From positions 56,708 through 120,707 of the forward strand of contig CAUJHO010000005.1 of the NCBI GenBank assembly GCA_963205025.1: a stretch of DNA of 64,000 nucleotides, written 5' to 3'. A program made the position numbers and the translations under genes. The DNA is from Pseudomonadota bacterium (GTDB lineage Bacteria; Pseudomonadota; Alphaproteobacteria; Caulobacterales; Caulobacteraceae). The notes under the pieces were generated by a model that saw only the letters and a list, made by a program, of their open reading frames with translations, was not told where the DNA came from and did not search any database. Every line of letters begins with the position of its first letter. The first letter of the stretch is position 1. Positions 28,971 to 40,056 of the stretch are shown here, piece after piece.

Positions 28971-29058
28971 CCTCCCTCGACACGACCCCATGTTCCGGTT
29001 TCCGGGACGCTGGCTGAGGTCGAGGAGGACCCCCCGTCGACGCGAACGTCCACGGGGG
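28971..29058 (+). ncRNA. Structured 5' leader of ffh (candidate cis-regulatory RNA)
   Basis: Stem cctccctcgac/gtcgaggagg enclosing gttccgg-ttt-ccgggac, then ccccgt/acgggg enclosing gacg-cgaa-cgtc; structured ffh leaders are known in alphaproteobacteria (recalled, not searched). Confidence 0.5.
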
Positions 29059-29088
29059 CTGAGGGCGTTTGCCGCCACAGGAGTGAGA

Positions 29089-30609
29089 ATGTTCGAGGCT
29101 CTGAACGAGCGACTGTCAGGCGTTTTTGACCGGATCACCGGTCGCGGCGTGCTGACCGAGGCGGACGTCGATGTGGCGATGCGCGAGGTGCGCGTGGCCC
29201 TGCTCGAGGCCGACGTCGCCCTGCCGGTGGTCAAGGACTTCATCGCCTCCGCGCGTGAAAAGGCGACCGGCGAAGAGGTCATCCGTTCGGTCAAGCCGGC
29301 TGATCAGGTCATCAAGATCGTCCATGACGGCCTGATCGAGACGCTCGGCGGCGATACGCCCGAGGCCCTGAACCTGAATGCCACCCCGCCGGTGGTCATC
29401 CTGATGGCCGGCCTGCAGGGGTCGGGCAAGACCACGACCTCGGCCAAGCTGGCCCGGCGCCTGTCCAAGGTCGAGCGCAAGAAGGTCATGATGGCCTCGC
29501 TCGACACCCGCCGTCCGGCCGCCATGGAGCAGTTGGCGACCCTGGGAAAACAGGTCGAGGTCGAGACCCTGCCGATCGTCGCCGGTCAGTCGCCGGCCGA
29601 GATCACACGGCGCGCCCTGCAATCGGCCAAGCTTCAGGGCTATGACGTCCTGATCCTCGATACCGCCGGCCGCACCACCCTGGACGAGGCCCTGATGGCC
29701 GAGGCGGCCGAGATCGCCGCCATTGCCAAGCCGACCGAAACCCTTCTGGTCGCCGACAGCCTGACCGGCCAGGACGCGGTTCGCACCGCCCAGGCCTTCC
29801 ACGAGCGGCTGCCGTTGACCGGCCTGATCCTGACCCGTGCGGACGGCGACGGGCGCGGCGGGGCCATTCTGTCCATGCGGGCCGTCACCGGCCTGCCGGT
29901 CAAGTTCCTCGGGGCCGGTGAAGGCGTCGAGGCGCTGGATGCCTTTGATGCCCGCCGGGTCGCCGGTCGCATCCTCGGTCAGGGTGACATCGTCGCCCTG
30001 GTCGAAAAGGCCGCCCAGGATCTGGACACGGCCAAGGCCGAGAAGGCCGCGCGCAAGCTCGCCCAGGGCAAGTTCGACCTCGAAGACCTGGCCAATCAGC
30101 TCGCCCAGATGAAGAAGATGGGCGGCCTGGACGGTATCATGGGTCTGCTGCCCGGTGTCGCCAAGATGAAGGGTCAGATGGCCCAGGCCGGCATGGATGA
30201 CCGGATGATCGACCGCCAGCAGGCGATCATCTCGTCCATGACCAAGACCGAGCGCAAGAAACCCGACCTTCTGAATGCCTCGCGCAAGCGCCGTATTGCC
30301 GCCGGTTCCGGCGTCGATGTCGCCGACATCAATCGCCTCCTGAAACAGCACCGCCAGATGGCCGATGCCGTCAAGGCCATGAGCAAGAACGGCGGCAAGG
30401 GCTTCGGTCAGATGGCCAAGATGCTGACCGGCATGGGCGGCATGGGCGGCCCCGACATGGCGCGATTGAAGGCCATGGGGGGCGGCAAGATGGCCGAACC
30501 CACCGAGGCTGACCTCAAGGCCCTTCAGGACCGCATGGCGGCCCTGGGCGGCGGACAAACTCCCGGCGGCCTGCCTGGCCTGCCCGGCTTCCCTCCCAAG
30601 AAAGACTAG
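29089..30609 (+). CDS. ffh: Signal recognition particle protein Ffh
   Basis: GLQGSGKTT, DTAGR, DGDGRGG, RILGQGD and a Met-rich M domain; ATG at 29089 after AGGAG. Confidence 0.98.
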   Translation: MFEALNERLSGVFDRITGRGVLTEADVDVAMREVRVALLEADVALPVVKDFIASAREKATGEEVIRSVKPADQVIKIVHDGLIETLGGDTPEALNLNATPPVVILMAGLQGSGKTTTSAKLARRLSKVERKKVMMASLDTRRPAAMEQLATLGKQVEVETLPIVAGQSPAEITRRALQSAKLQGYDVLILDTAGRTTLDEALMAEAAEIAAIAKPTETLLVADSLTGQDAVRTAQAFHERLPLTGLILTRADGDGRGGAILSMRAVTGLPVKFLGAGEGVEALDAFDARRVAGRILGQGDIVALVEKAAQDLDTAKAEKAARKLAQGKFDLEDLANQLAQMKKMGGLDGIMGLLPGVAKMKGQMAQAGMDDRMIDRQQAIISSMTKTERKKPDLLNASRKRRIAAGSGVDVADINRLLKQHRQMADAVKAMSKNGGKGFGQMAKMLTGMGGMGGPDMARLKAMGGGKMAEPTEADLKALQDRMAALGGGQTPGGLPGLPGFPPKKD

Positions 30610-30627
30610 ACCCCAAGGACCCCTGAA

Positions 30628-31185
30628 ATGCTCAAGATTCGTCTCGCCCGTGGCGGTGCCAAGAAGCGCCCCTACTACCACATCGTCGTCGCCGACAGCC
30701 GCTCGCCCCGCGACGGCCGCTTCCTGGAGAAGGTCGGTTCGTACAACCCCATGCTGCCGCGCGACGGTGAGCAGAAGCGCGTCAACCTGAACGTCGAGCG
30801 CATCCAGCACTGGCTGTCCAAGGGGGCCCAGCCGACCGACCGCGTCGCCCGCTTCCTGAGCCAGGACGAGACCCTGGGGGCCACCGTCAAGTGGCAGGCC
30901 GGCAACAACCCGAACAAGGCCAAGCCCGGCAAGAAGGCTGAAGAGCGCGCCGCCGAGCGCGCCCAGCGTGAAACCGACCGTGCCGAGGCCGAGGCCGCCG
31001 CCAAGGCTGAGGCCGCCGCCGCCCCGGCTCCGGTCGTGGAAGAAGAAGCTCCGGTCGAGGCCGTGGCTGAAGAAGCTCCGGCTGCTGAAGACGCCGCTCC
31101 GGCTGAAACCACTGCCGAAGAAGCGCCTGCCGAAGCCGCTGCTGAAGAAGCTCCGGCTGCTGAAGAAGAAAAGGCCGAAGGCTAA
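30628..31185 (+). CDS. rpsP: 30S ribosomal protein S16 with long acidic Ala/Glu/Pro tail
   Basis: [41 protein letters not shown]. Confidence 0.98.
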   Translation: MLKIRLARGGAKKRPYYHIVVADSRSPRDGRFLEKVGSYNPMLPRDGEQKRVNLNVERIQHWLSKGAQPTDRVARFLSQDETLGATVKWQAGNNPNKAKPGKKAEERAAERAQRETDRAEAEAAAKAEAAAAPAPVVEEEAPVEAVAEEAPAAEDAAPAETTAEEAPAEAAAEEAPAAEEEKAEG

Positions 31186-31210
31186 GCCTTCGTCCGCAGG
31201 TCTCCCGCTC

Positions 31211-31359
31211 CCTTCTCCCCTCGGGGGAGAAGGTGGGCGGCGAAGCCGCTCGGATGAGGGGGCTTTCGAAGTCGCACCATGTCGAACACTCGGCCCGGAA
31301 CAACCGCCCCCCTCAACCGTCTCGCTCTGCGAGCCATCTTCTCCCCCGAAGGGAGAAGA
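31211..31359. repeat. MITE-like intergenic element (family A, copy 2)
   Basis: Left hairpin ccttctcccc-tcg-ggggagaagg (31211-31233), inner arms TGAGGGGGC / GCCCCCCTCA, right hairpin tcttctccc-ccgaa-gggagaaga (31337-31359); same layout as 18885-19051. Confidence 0.8.
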
Positions 31360-31361
31360 AT

Positions 31362-31880
31362 ATGACAGACAATCTCATTCTGGTCGGACAGGTCGGCGGT
31401 GCCTTCGGCGTGCGCGGCGAGGTCAAGATCACGACCTTTACCGGCGAGGCCATGGCGCTGGTCGCCTATTCGCCCCTGCTGAGGTCGGACGGCTCCATCG
31501 GCCTGACCCTGACTGGCGCCCGGCCGGACAAGAAGGGCCTGGTCGCCCGGGCGAAAGAGATCGCCACCAAGGAACAGGCCGATGCGATGCGCGGCCTCAA
31601 GCTGTTCGTGCCGCGCGAGCGCCTGCCCGAGCCGGACGAGGACGAATTCTATCTGACCGACCTGATCGGTCTGGAGGTCCGCGACGCTTCGGGAGCCACC
31701 CTCGGTCGTGTGAAATCCGTGCCCAATTTCGGAGCCGGTGACCTGCTGGAAATCACGCCGGCGACCGGCGGCCAGACCTGGTTTCTGGCCTTCACCCGCG
31801 ACACCGTGCCGGAGCTGCATATCGCCGGCGGCTGGCTCCTGGTGGCACCTCCCGCAGAGGACGAGACCGAGGTGGAATAG
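31362..31880 (+). CDS. rimM: Ribosome maturation factor RimM
   Basis: VGQVGGAFGVRGEVKI, DEFYLTDLIGLEV and NFGAGDLLEI; follows rpsP. Confidence 0.96.
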   Translation: MTDNLILVGQVGGAFGVRGEVKITTFTGEAMALVAYSPLLRSDGSIGLTLTGARPDKKGLVARAKEIATKEQADAMRGLKLFVPRERLPEPDEDEFYLTDLIGLEVRDASGATLGRVKSVPNFGAGDLLEITPATGGQTWFLAFTRDTVPELHIAGGWLLVAPPAEDETEVE

Positions 31881-31934
31881 CCGTCAAGGTTGCCCAAGCC
31901 GCCTGGTTTGTGATCATTGGCGGCGGGGGGTGTC

Positions 31935-32738
31935 ATGACCAATACGCTTGAACGTCTTTCCGTACCGACCGGCGAAGGCAATGTCTGGCGCCGGATCGGT
32001 GCCCTCGTCATCGACTGGGCCGTCATCGCGGCGGGTGTGTGCGTCTGCGCCGCCGTCGCCTACGGCCTCAGTGGCGGACAGATCCGCATGGCCCAGGCCC
32101 CGCTGAGCGTCACCGATTGCGTGGCGGCGACCGCCGTGCCCGAGGGCTTCGACCCGAACTATCGGATCCCTGGTGTCTCACAAGAGGCCCAGGCGCGGAT
32201 CCTGGGCGACGTCTCCACCTTCCAGGCCGACGTCATCAGCGATTGCCGGACGCGCATCATGGGATCCGAGATTGATCGCAGCGCCACCATCGCGGAAACG
32301 AGCCAGGCTCAGCGCTATTTCATTCTGCCTGTGGACCGCGATTTTCGCGTGACCCGACCCTGGCTTTACCTGGATCATGTGTTCGGCCTGGCCATGCTGC
32401 TGGTCCTGACGCTGCTGGAAGGCACGACCGGTACCACCTTCGGCAAGCGGGTGGCGGGCCTCAGGGTGCGGGGGCGAAACGACGGTCGGGCCGGACTGGG
32501 CCGGGCGCTGGTCCGCAATCTCGTCATCTGGGGTCCGGGGGCGGCGCTGGGCCTCATCGGTATCGCCTCCAACCACGATCTGCTGGTTCTCGGGGACATG
32601 ACCGGTGTCGCCATCGGAACCACCGGCCTGGCCATCGCGTTTGGCCTGTGGCCGCTGGCCTTGCTGGTTGGATTGATCGCCTCGGGGGCCAGGCCCTTCT
32701 GGGACCAGATCGCCGGGGTGCGGGTGGTTCGGGCCTGA
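31935..32738 (+). CDS. RDD family membrane protein with periplasmic insertion
   Basis: WRRIGALVIDW, TFGKRVAGLRV, RALVRN and WDQIAGVRVV motifs. Confidence 0.88.
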   Translation: MTNTLERLSVPTGEGNVWRRIGALVIDWAVIAAGVCVCAAVAYGLSGGQIRMAQAPLSVTDCVAATAVPEGFDPNYRIPGVSQEAQARILGDVSTFQADVISDCRTRIMGSEIDRSATIAETSQAQRYFILPVDRDFRVTRPWLYLDHVFGLAMLLVLTLLEGTTGTTFGKRVAGLRVRGRNDGRAGLGRALVRNLVIWGPGAALGLIGIASNHDLLVLGDMTGVAIGTTGLAIAFGLWPLALLVGLIASGARPFWDQIAGVRVVRA

Positions 32739-32745
32739 GCGATCC

Positions 32746-33204
32746 CTACCCCATCGCCGTGACGCAGGCCCTCAGGTCCGTCAGGTCTTCCTCCGAGAGC
32801 GCCCGGCGGCCGTAGACGCGCTCGCCTTCCTGGGCGGCGCGGGCCGTGGCCTCGTCAGCCGAGAGGCCGAGTGCGGCGATGGCGGCGACTTCGCGCTCCT
32901 GCCAGAAAGCCGCGCCCGAGGTCCGAACCGAGGCGTCGAGATCCGCCGGCAGCGGCTCCATCTGTCCGCCGGCCCGTCCGGCCACGACGGCGGTGAACAG
33001 GGCGTTGCAGCGGAAGGCCTGATCGGCCTGTTCCGGGGTCAGGGACGCCGCCGTCGCCTCGGCAGACGCGGCGGTGGCCCCGTCGGCGGCGCTCTCGGCA
33101 GCGGCTTCGTTCGTGGCCTCGGTGCCGGCGTCGTTAGCGGCGGGCTGGGAACAGGCGGTCGCGGCCAGCACGCCGGCCAGAACCAGGGCGGTTCGCATCA
33201 TCAT
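32746..33204 (-). CDS. Hypothetical lipoprotein
   Basis: LAATAC lipobox-like signal, Ala/Glu linker, helical domain with two Cys. Confidence 0.75.
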   Translation of the reverse strand: MMMRTALVLAGVLAATACSQPAANDAGTEATNEAAAESAADGATAASAEATAASLTPEQADQAFRCNALFTAVVAGRAGGQMEPLPADLDASVRTSGAAFWQEREVAAIAALGLSADEATARAAQEGERVYGRRALSEEDLTDLRACVTAMG

Positions 33205-33226
33205 CGATTGTCTCCCTAAAATCGAT

Positions 33227-33631
33227 CTATTCGGTGGCCGGCGCTTCGCGGCCCGCCATGACGCCAGAGGTCGCCCATTCCGCCTCGACGGGCCCCGGCA
33301 CCTGATCTTTTAGCCAGCACACCGGCGTCTCGGCCTGGACCCCGGCCTGGACCCAGGTGAAGGCCCGACAGGCCTCATCGGCCTCGCACTGGGCGCGGCA
33401 GGCCTCGGCGTCGGCGGCGTCGTACGATGTGCCAATGTCGTAGCCGGGCCGGTCGAACCCGACCTCCAGCTCGCCCGGGGTCGTCGTCGAAGCCATTGTT
33501 TCACCTGCCGCCGGGGTCGCCGCGGCTTCCGCCGGGGCCTCGGCCTCCGGTGCGCCCGTGTCATCGGCGCGGCCACAGGCGACCAGCCCGAGCAGCGCCA
33601 CGCCCATCAACAATCCTGACAATGCTCGCAT
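33227..33631 (-). CDS. PAN/Apple-domain lipoprotein
   Basis: LVAC lipobox; DRPGYD...CRAQCEADEACRAFTW...CWLK...TSG is the PAN_4 pattern. Confidence 0.85.
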   Translation of the reverse strand: MRALSGLLMGVALLGLVACGRADDTGAPEAEAPAEAAATPAAGETMASTTTPGELEVGFDRPGYDIGTSYDAADAEACRAQCEADEACRAFTWVQAGVQAETPVCWLKDQVPGPVEAEWATSGVMAGREAPATE

Positions 33632-33702
33632 GATCCCATCCTCCCAAATGATGCCCATCACCCTAGAGAATACGCGCGTTCTGTGAAATCCCGGACACGG
33701 GC

Positions 33703-33730
33703 CTTGCGTGGCGCATTGGCCACACCATCT
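33703..33730 (+). promoter_or_regulatory. Candidate sigma32 (RpoH) promoter of clpB
   Basis: CTTG-N18-CCATCT upstream of a heat-shock chaperone gene. Confidence 0.45.
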
Positions 33731-33804
33731 CAGCCGCTGGGGACGGCGCGCCGCTTGCATGAGGGCGCTCAGACCGGCCCATCCGCTTCTCGAAGGGATA
33801 CGCC

Positions 33805-36386
<2,582 letters not shown>

Positions 36387-36390
<4 letters not shown>

Positions 36391-36959
36391 GCATCGCCGT
36401 CTTGTCGGGAAACCACTGTGGCGGGCAGTTGGCTAGCGCCGACCAAATCTCTTTGCAGATTTCTTGACAATTCATCGACGGCGGATGCCGCAAGGTCAAG
36501 ATTACGCTCAAGGCGACCGACAAAGGATTCTATCGAGTCGTGTTCTGATGAGTTTAAATCTTGATGTATTATGTTAATTTTTGCGTCAAAATCAGAAAAT
36601 CTTTTGGCAGTTTCTGGAAACCAAAATCCACAAAATCCAGATAGCTGAAAATATTCACGCGATACGAAAGGTGATTTTTCCGGATCCATCTTCTCAATGG
36701 AAGTCTGATCTTTTATCAATCGCCATCTAGCAATGGATATCAGCATTTCAGATCGAAATGTTGAAAGGAGGAGAAACGCATTATTTCGCATGTCGGAGAT
36801 GCGATTTCTATCTCGTTCGCTTTCATCCAATCGACGACGGCGTGACTCAAATACGTGCGTTGCAATTGCACCGGCTATAACACCAGATACGCCAACTATC
36901 CCGATTAGGGCGTCGCTCCAAAACGACGAGGCGTCACCGCCGGGAAGTTGGATGATCAT
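36387..36959 (-). CDS. Hypothetical single-TM helical protein, low GC (cassette gene 2)
   Basis: 190-aa ORF with AT-rich codons; one N-terminal hydrophobic helix ([21 protein letters not shown]) followed by RRRR; ATGA overlap with the upstream gene; stop overlaps the clpB stop. Confidence 0.8.
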
Positions 36960-37960
36960 TTTGCAGGCTTTGTCAGAACAAGACGATCGATAGCAGCCTT
37001 TGTAAATCTGCGCACTTCGTCTTCATTTAATTTATCTGCCCGTTCAAGGAGGTGTATTGTCTCTGCAGACGAGCGAGCCGAGATGGCTTCTTTTATCAAT
37101 TCTTCAGCCGCCTCGATAACGCCGCTATCAGCGGCGCTAGTTCTAGCGGCTCGAGAGAGGTCATCGTAGAATTTTTCTATCGTCTTTTCAAGATTAAATG
37201 ATGCATGGTATTTGACACATTTACATGGTGTCGATTTACACGTATTGCATCCCAATCTAAATATTTCATTTATTCTATCGTCAAAGCTAATATTCTGCCG
37301 GGATATGTCCCAGCAACTGAAAAGCCAAGCAGACAAGTCTGCTACCTCTTCAGCTATTCCTGGAATAAAATCAGCAAATCGCGCATAATTCAGAACGTTT
37401 GCTAGCTCATACTGAGCGTAAGCAACTTTTAGTTCGCCGCCTTCTTCAAGAAGTTTATCGACAATATCTGACGTATGCCCCTTGGATAGTAAGACCCGAT
37501 TTGCAGGATATATATCTCGTAGGATCGCGATTATTTCATCAAATGAGTAGTCCCGACGCGAGTGTGCGCCAATTTTATAGCTAAATTCTATTCTAGCGGC
37601 GGCCGGTGCCATCGGAACGCTGGTGCCCGGAATGAATGCCATCCTTTCTTGTTCTTCACACCGACAAGGAGATAGTTGACAATACGGACAGCATTTTGGA
37701 AACCGACCAATCATAACCTGAACAAAATCAAGATTATAGTTGTTGCAAAGCGCAATAATCCAAGCTATTGCCTTAACTATACTGCGATTTATACGATCCG
37801 CCTCTGCGCTTCCTTTGGTGGGTTTCGGCGTGCGAATTAGGAGCCGGTCCACTTCGCTGCACCAAGTGAAGATGTGGACCATCATGGTATCCGGCATCAC
37901 ACCTTTGTTCGGATAGATCTCCTCAAGCCGCTTATTCCATCCGTTTGCCGTCTGGATCAT
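36956..37960 (-). CDS. Tandem MazG-like all-alpha NTP pyrophosphatase with two Cys4 motifs, low GC (cassette gene 1)
   Basis: Domain 2 has LLEEGGEL...EEVADLSAW...CNTCKSTPCKC; domain 1 repeats IYP.N, AW and CPYCQLSPCRC but lacks the acidic motif; GGAGG RBS 5 nt before the ATG at 37960 (334 aa). Confidence 0.8.
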   Translation of the reverse strand: MIQTANGWNKRLEEIYPNKGVMPDTMMVHIFTWCSEVDRLLIRTPKPTKGSAEADRINRSIVKAIAWIIALCNNYNLDFVQVMIGRFPKCCPYCQLSPCRCEEQERMAFIPGTSVPMAPAAARIEFSYKIGAHSRRDYSFDEIIAILRDIYPANRVLLSKGHTSDIVDKLLEEGGELKVAYAQYELANVLNYARFADFIPGIAEEVADLSAWLFSCWDISRQNISFDDRINEIFRLGCNTCKSTPCKCVKYHASFNLEKTIEKFYDDLSRAARTSAADSGVIEAAEELIKEAISARSSAETIHLLERADKLNEDEVRRFTKAAIDRLVLTKPAK

Positions 37961-38140
37961 GATTGCCTCCCGCACGACAAACACTGGTATTGCAAATGCC
38001 GACAGTCAAGCATCGGTTGTGCCGTTGTTGTCGTTTTCATTTTTCGGTTGAGCGGCAAATTGGACCACATCGTCCTCTCCAATGCCCAGGGCCAGCCGCA
38101 GCGCGCAGCGCCTAGAGCCGGGACGCACGCTCCCTCCCTT

Positions 38141-38291
38141 TTGTAATCCCAGCCAAGCCCGAAGGGCGCGAGCCGGAACAAGCGCGCCGCTCGCTGCGGT
38201 GGGCTACGTTTCGCACCGGCTCCACACTGCGAGCCTCGTGCGTGACGCACCCTTGTCCCGGATAACGGCTGCGCCGTTTCCGGGATGACAA
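38141..38291. repeat. MITE-like intergenic element with TTGT(A/C)ATCCC terminal inverted repeats (family B)
   Basis: TTGTAATCCC (38141-38150) versus GGGATGACAA (38282-38291), 9/10 complementary; internal hairpins; a partial second copy (gcgc...agccgggac) at about 38100-38124. Confidence 0.7.
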
Positions 38292-38326
38292 GTCGAGAGG
38301 CAATCAGGGGAGAAGGGCCTGGAGCT

Positions 38327-38677
38327 TCATCCCCCCAGCACAGGCATCACCTCGACCCCTTCACAGGGAAACACCGACATGTGCGGGTGCCCCTCGAACA
38401 GCCGGGCGGCGGCGTCGTGGCTGTCGGCCCGCACCACCATGAAGACGGTCAGCAGGTTGACCACATCGGTCACGAGGCCCGCATCATCGATGCGCCGGGT
38501 CGCGCCGAGCGGACCGCCGACAAAGACGATGCTGTCGCGGTGGGCCTCTTCCCAGGCGGCGACGGCGGGGATACCGACGCGCTGGACCTGGGCCTGTTCC
38601 TCCGGCGTCATGGCGTACCATTTCGCCCATTTTGGTCCGGTCTTGTCGCTGGTGAAGACGGCCAGATAGTCGGGCAT
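38327..38677 (-). CDS. YciI/YCII-related dimeric alpha-beta barrel protein
   Basis: GGPLGATRRI...FMVVRADSHDAAARLFEGHPH...VEVMP pattern; GGAGG RBS. Confidence 0.8.
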   Translation of the reverse strand: MPDYLAVFTSDKTGPKWAKWYAMTPEEQAQVQRVGIPAVAAWEEAHRDSIVFVGGPLGATRRIDDAGLVTDVVNLLTVFMVVRADSHDAAARLFEGHPHMSVFPCEGVEVMPVLGG

Positions 38678-38900
38678 GGGGGCCTCCTGATCGACGCAGG
38701 CGCCGACTATCAGCGCTCCCGCGGACGAAAGGAAAGGGTCGCGATCGGCAACGCCCGCATTCCATCACGCCAACCCCTTGTTTGCATTCCGGTCGCCGCA
38801 TCCAGTGGCCGCCGCCATCCCCGCACGCTGCGGCTCGCCTAGACTCTGGCCGGGTCTTTGACATCGTTGACGTCACGCCGCGCGACCAGGCGAGGCATCC

Positions 38901-38940
38901 GGACGATCTGGACGATCTGGACGATCTGGACGGTGTTTTT
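38901..38940. repeat. 9-bp tandem repeat (GGACGATCT)x3 + GGACGGTGTTTTT (family C)
   Basis: Read directly; related to the inverted repeat at 60681-60750. Confidence 0.85.
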
Positions 38941-38978
38941 CGTCGTTCGCTTCGACCGGATTCCCGCTAGACTGGGGC

Positions 38979-39392
38979 ATGGCCTCTTCCGCCCCGAAAC
39001 TGCTGTCCGGCGGCAATCCCCAGATCGCCAAGGGCTACGGCGAGGCGCCGGTTCAGGCCTGGATCGCCGCCGCGCCCGGCTGGAAGTCGACGACGGCGGC
39101 GGCGCTGGACACCCTGATCACCCGGACGGTGCCGGGGGTTAAGAAGGCCGTGAAGTGGAACTCGCCGCTGTATGGGCTGGACGGCCAGACCTGGTTCCTC
39201 AGCTTTCACGCCATGACGGCCTATATCAAGGTCGCCTTCCATAACGGGGTCGAGCTGGAGCCGCCGCTGCCGGTCGGCTCGAAACAGCCGCGCGTCCGCT
39301 ATCTGCATCTGCATGAGGGCCAGGCGGTCGATACGCCCCAGATCGCCGCCTGGATCACCCAGGCCGCCGCCCTGCCCGGAGAGAAGATGTGA
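38979..39392 (+). CDS. DUF1801 (YdhG-like) protein
   Basis: LLSGGNPQIAKGYGEAPVQAWI, VKWNSPLYG and IKVAFHNG motifs. Confidence 0.88.
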   Translation: MASSAPKLLSGGNPQIAKGYGEAPVQAWIAAAPGWKSTTAAALDTLITRTVPGVKKAVKWNSPLYGLDGQTWFLSFHAMTAYIKVAFHNGVELEPPLPVGSKQPRVRYLHLHEGQAVDTPQIAAWITQAAALPGEKM

Positions 39393-39435
39393 GTGACGGG
39401 CGTGCCGCGACGCTCGACCCCTTGCGCCGCCTGAC

Positions 39436-40056
39436 CTAGCCTTCGGACGACGCCTTCAGGACCTTCTGGACGACCGGGTCGGCCTCCATCGCCGCCATCA
39501 AGCGCGCGACGTTGGGATAGTCGCGCCAGCTCTTGTCCAGCCGCGCGGTCCAGCGGGCCATGACATAGGCATAGGCGTCCGCGACCGTGCGCTTGTCGCC
39601 GAACACATGATCGGTGTCGCCGATCAGGCCATCGAGATAGGTCATCACCCGGTCGATGCGGGGCAGGGCCGCCGCGCGTGCGGCCTCCTTGGCCGCGTCT
39701 GACGGATCAGTGGTGTAACGCTGGGGCACGAACCAGGGCCAGAAGGCCGGATGGAAATCACCGGTCAGGAAGCTCATGGTTTCATGGAACCGGAAGCGGG
39801 CCTGGTCGTCGGCGTCGGTGCCCGCTCCGACGTCGGCCTCCGGCCAGTGGCCGGCCACCCATTCGAGAATCGCTCCGGCCTGGGTCCGGGCCCTGGGTTC
39901 GCCCAGATCCAGCGCCGGCACCTGGGCCAGTGGGTTGATCCTCTGGAATTCCGGTGCATGCGGATTGGCCTTGACCGGCTCGAAATCGGCCCCGGCCCAT
40001 TCCAGGGCAATCCAGCAGGCGAGGGCGCAGGTCCCCGGCGCGTAATAGAGTTTCAT
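39436..40056 (-). CDS. Glutathione S-transferase
   Basis: MKLYYAPGTCAL, INPLAQVPAL and TVADAYAY motifs. Confidence 0.93.
   Translation of the reverse strand: MKLYYAPGTCALACWIALEWAGADFEPVKANPHAPEFQRINPLAQVPALDLGEPRARTQAGAILEWVAGHWPEADVGAGTDADDQARFRFHETMSFLTGDFHPAFWPWFVPQRYTTDPSDAAKEAARAAALPRIDRVMTYLDGLIGDTDHVFGDKRTVADAYAYVMARWTARLDKSWRDYPNVARLMAAMEADPVVQKVLKASSEG

Noticed and set aside
33632-33804. CIRCE/HrcA operator before clpB
   Set aside because: No TTAGCACTC-N9-GAGTGCTAA-like sequence present.
36391-38291. Prophage, integron or IS origin for the low-GC cassette
   Set aside because: No integrase, transposase, attC-like pair or flanking direct repeat could be seen; only compositional evidence of foreign origin.
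37874-38303. Short ORFs overlapping the cassette promoter and the family B repeat as a third cassette gene
   Set aside because: They run through the repeat hairpins or antisense to gene 1, lack an RBS and show no motif. A fragment ALRLALGIGEDDVVQF might be a gene remnant but cannot be assigned.
38901-38940. Direct repeats as a possible CRISPR array
   Set aside because: Units are 9 bp and contiguous, with no spacers and no cas genes in the window.
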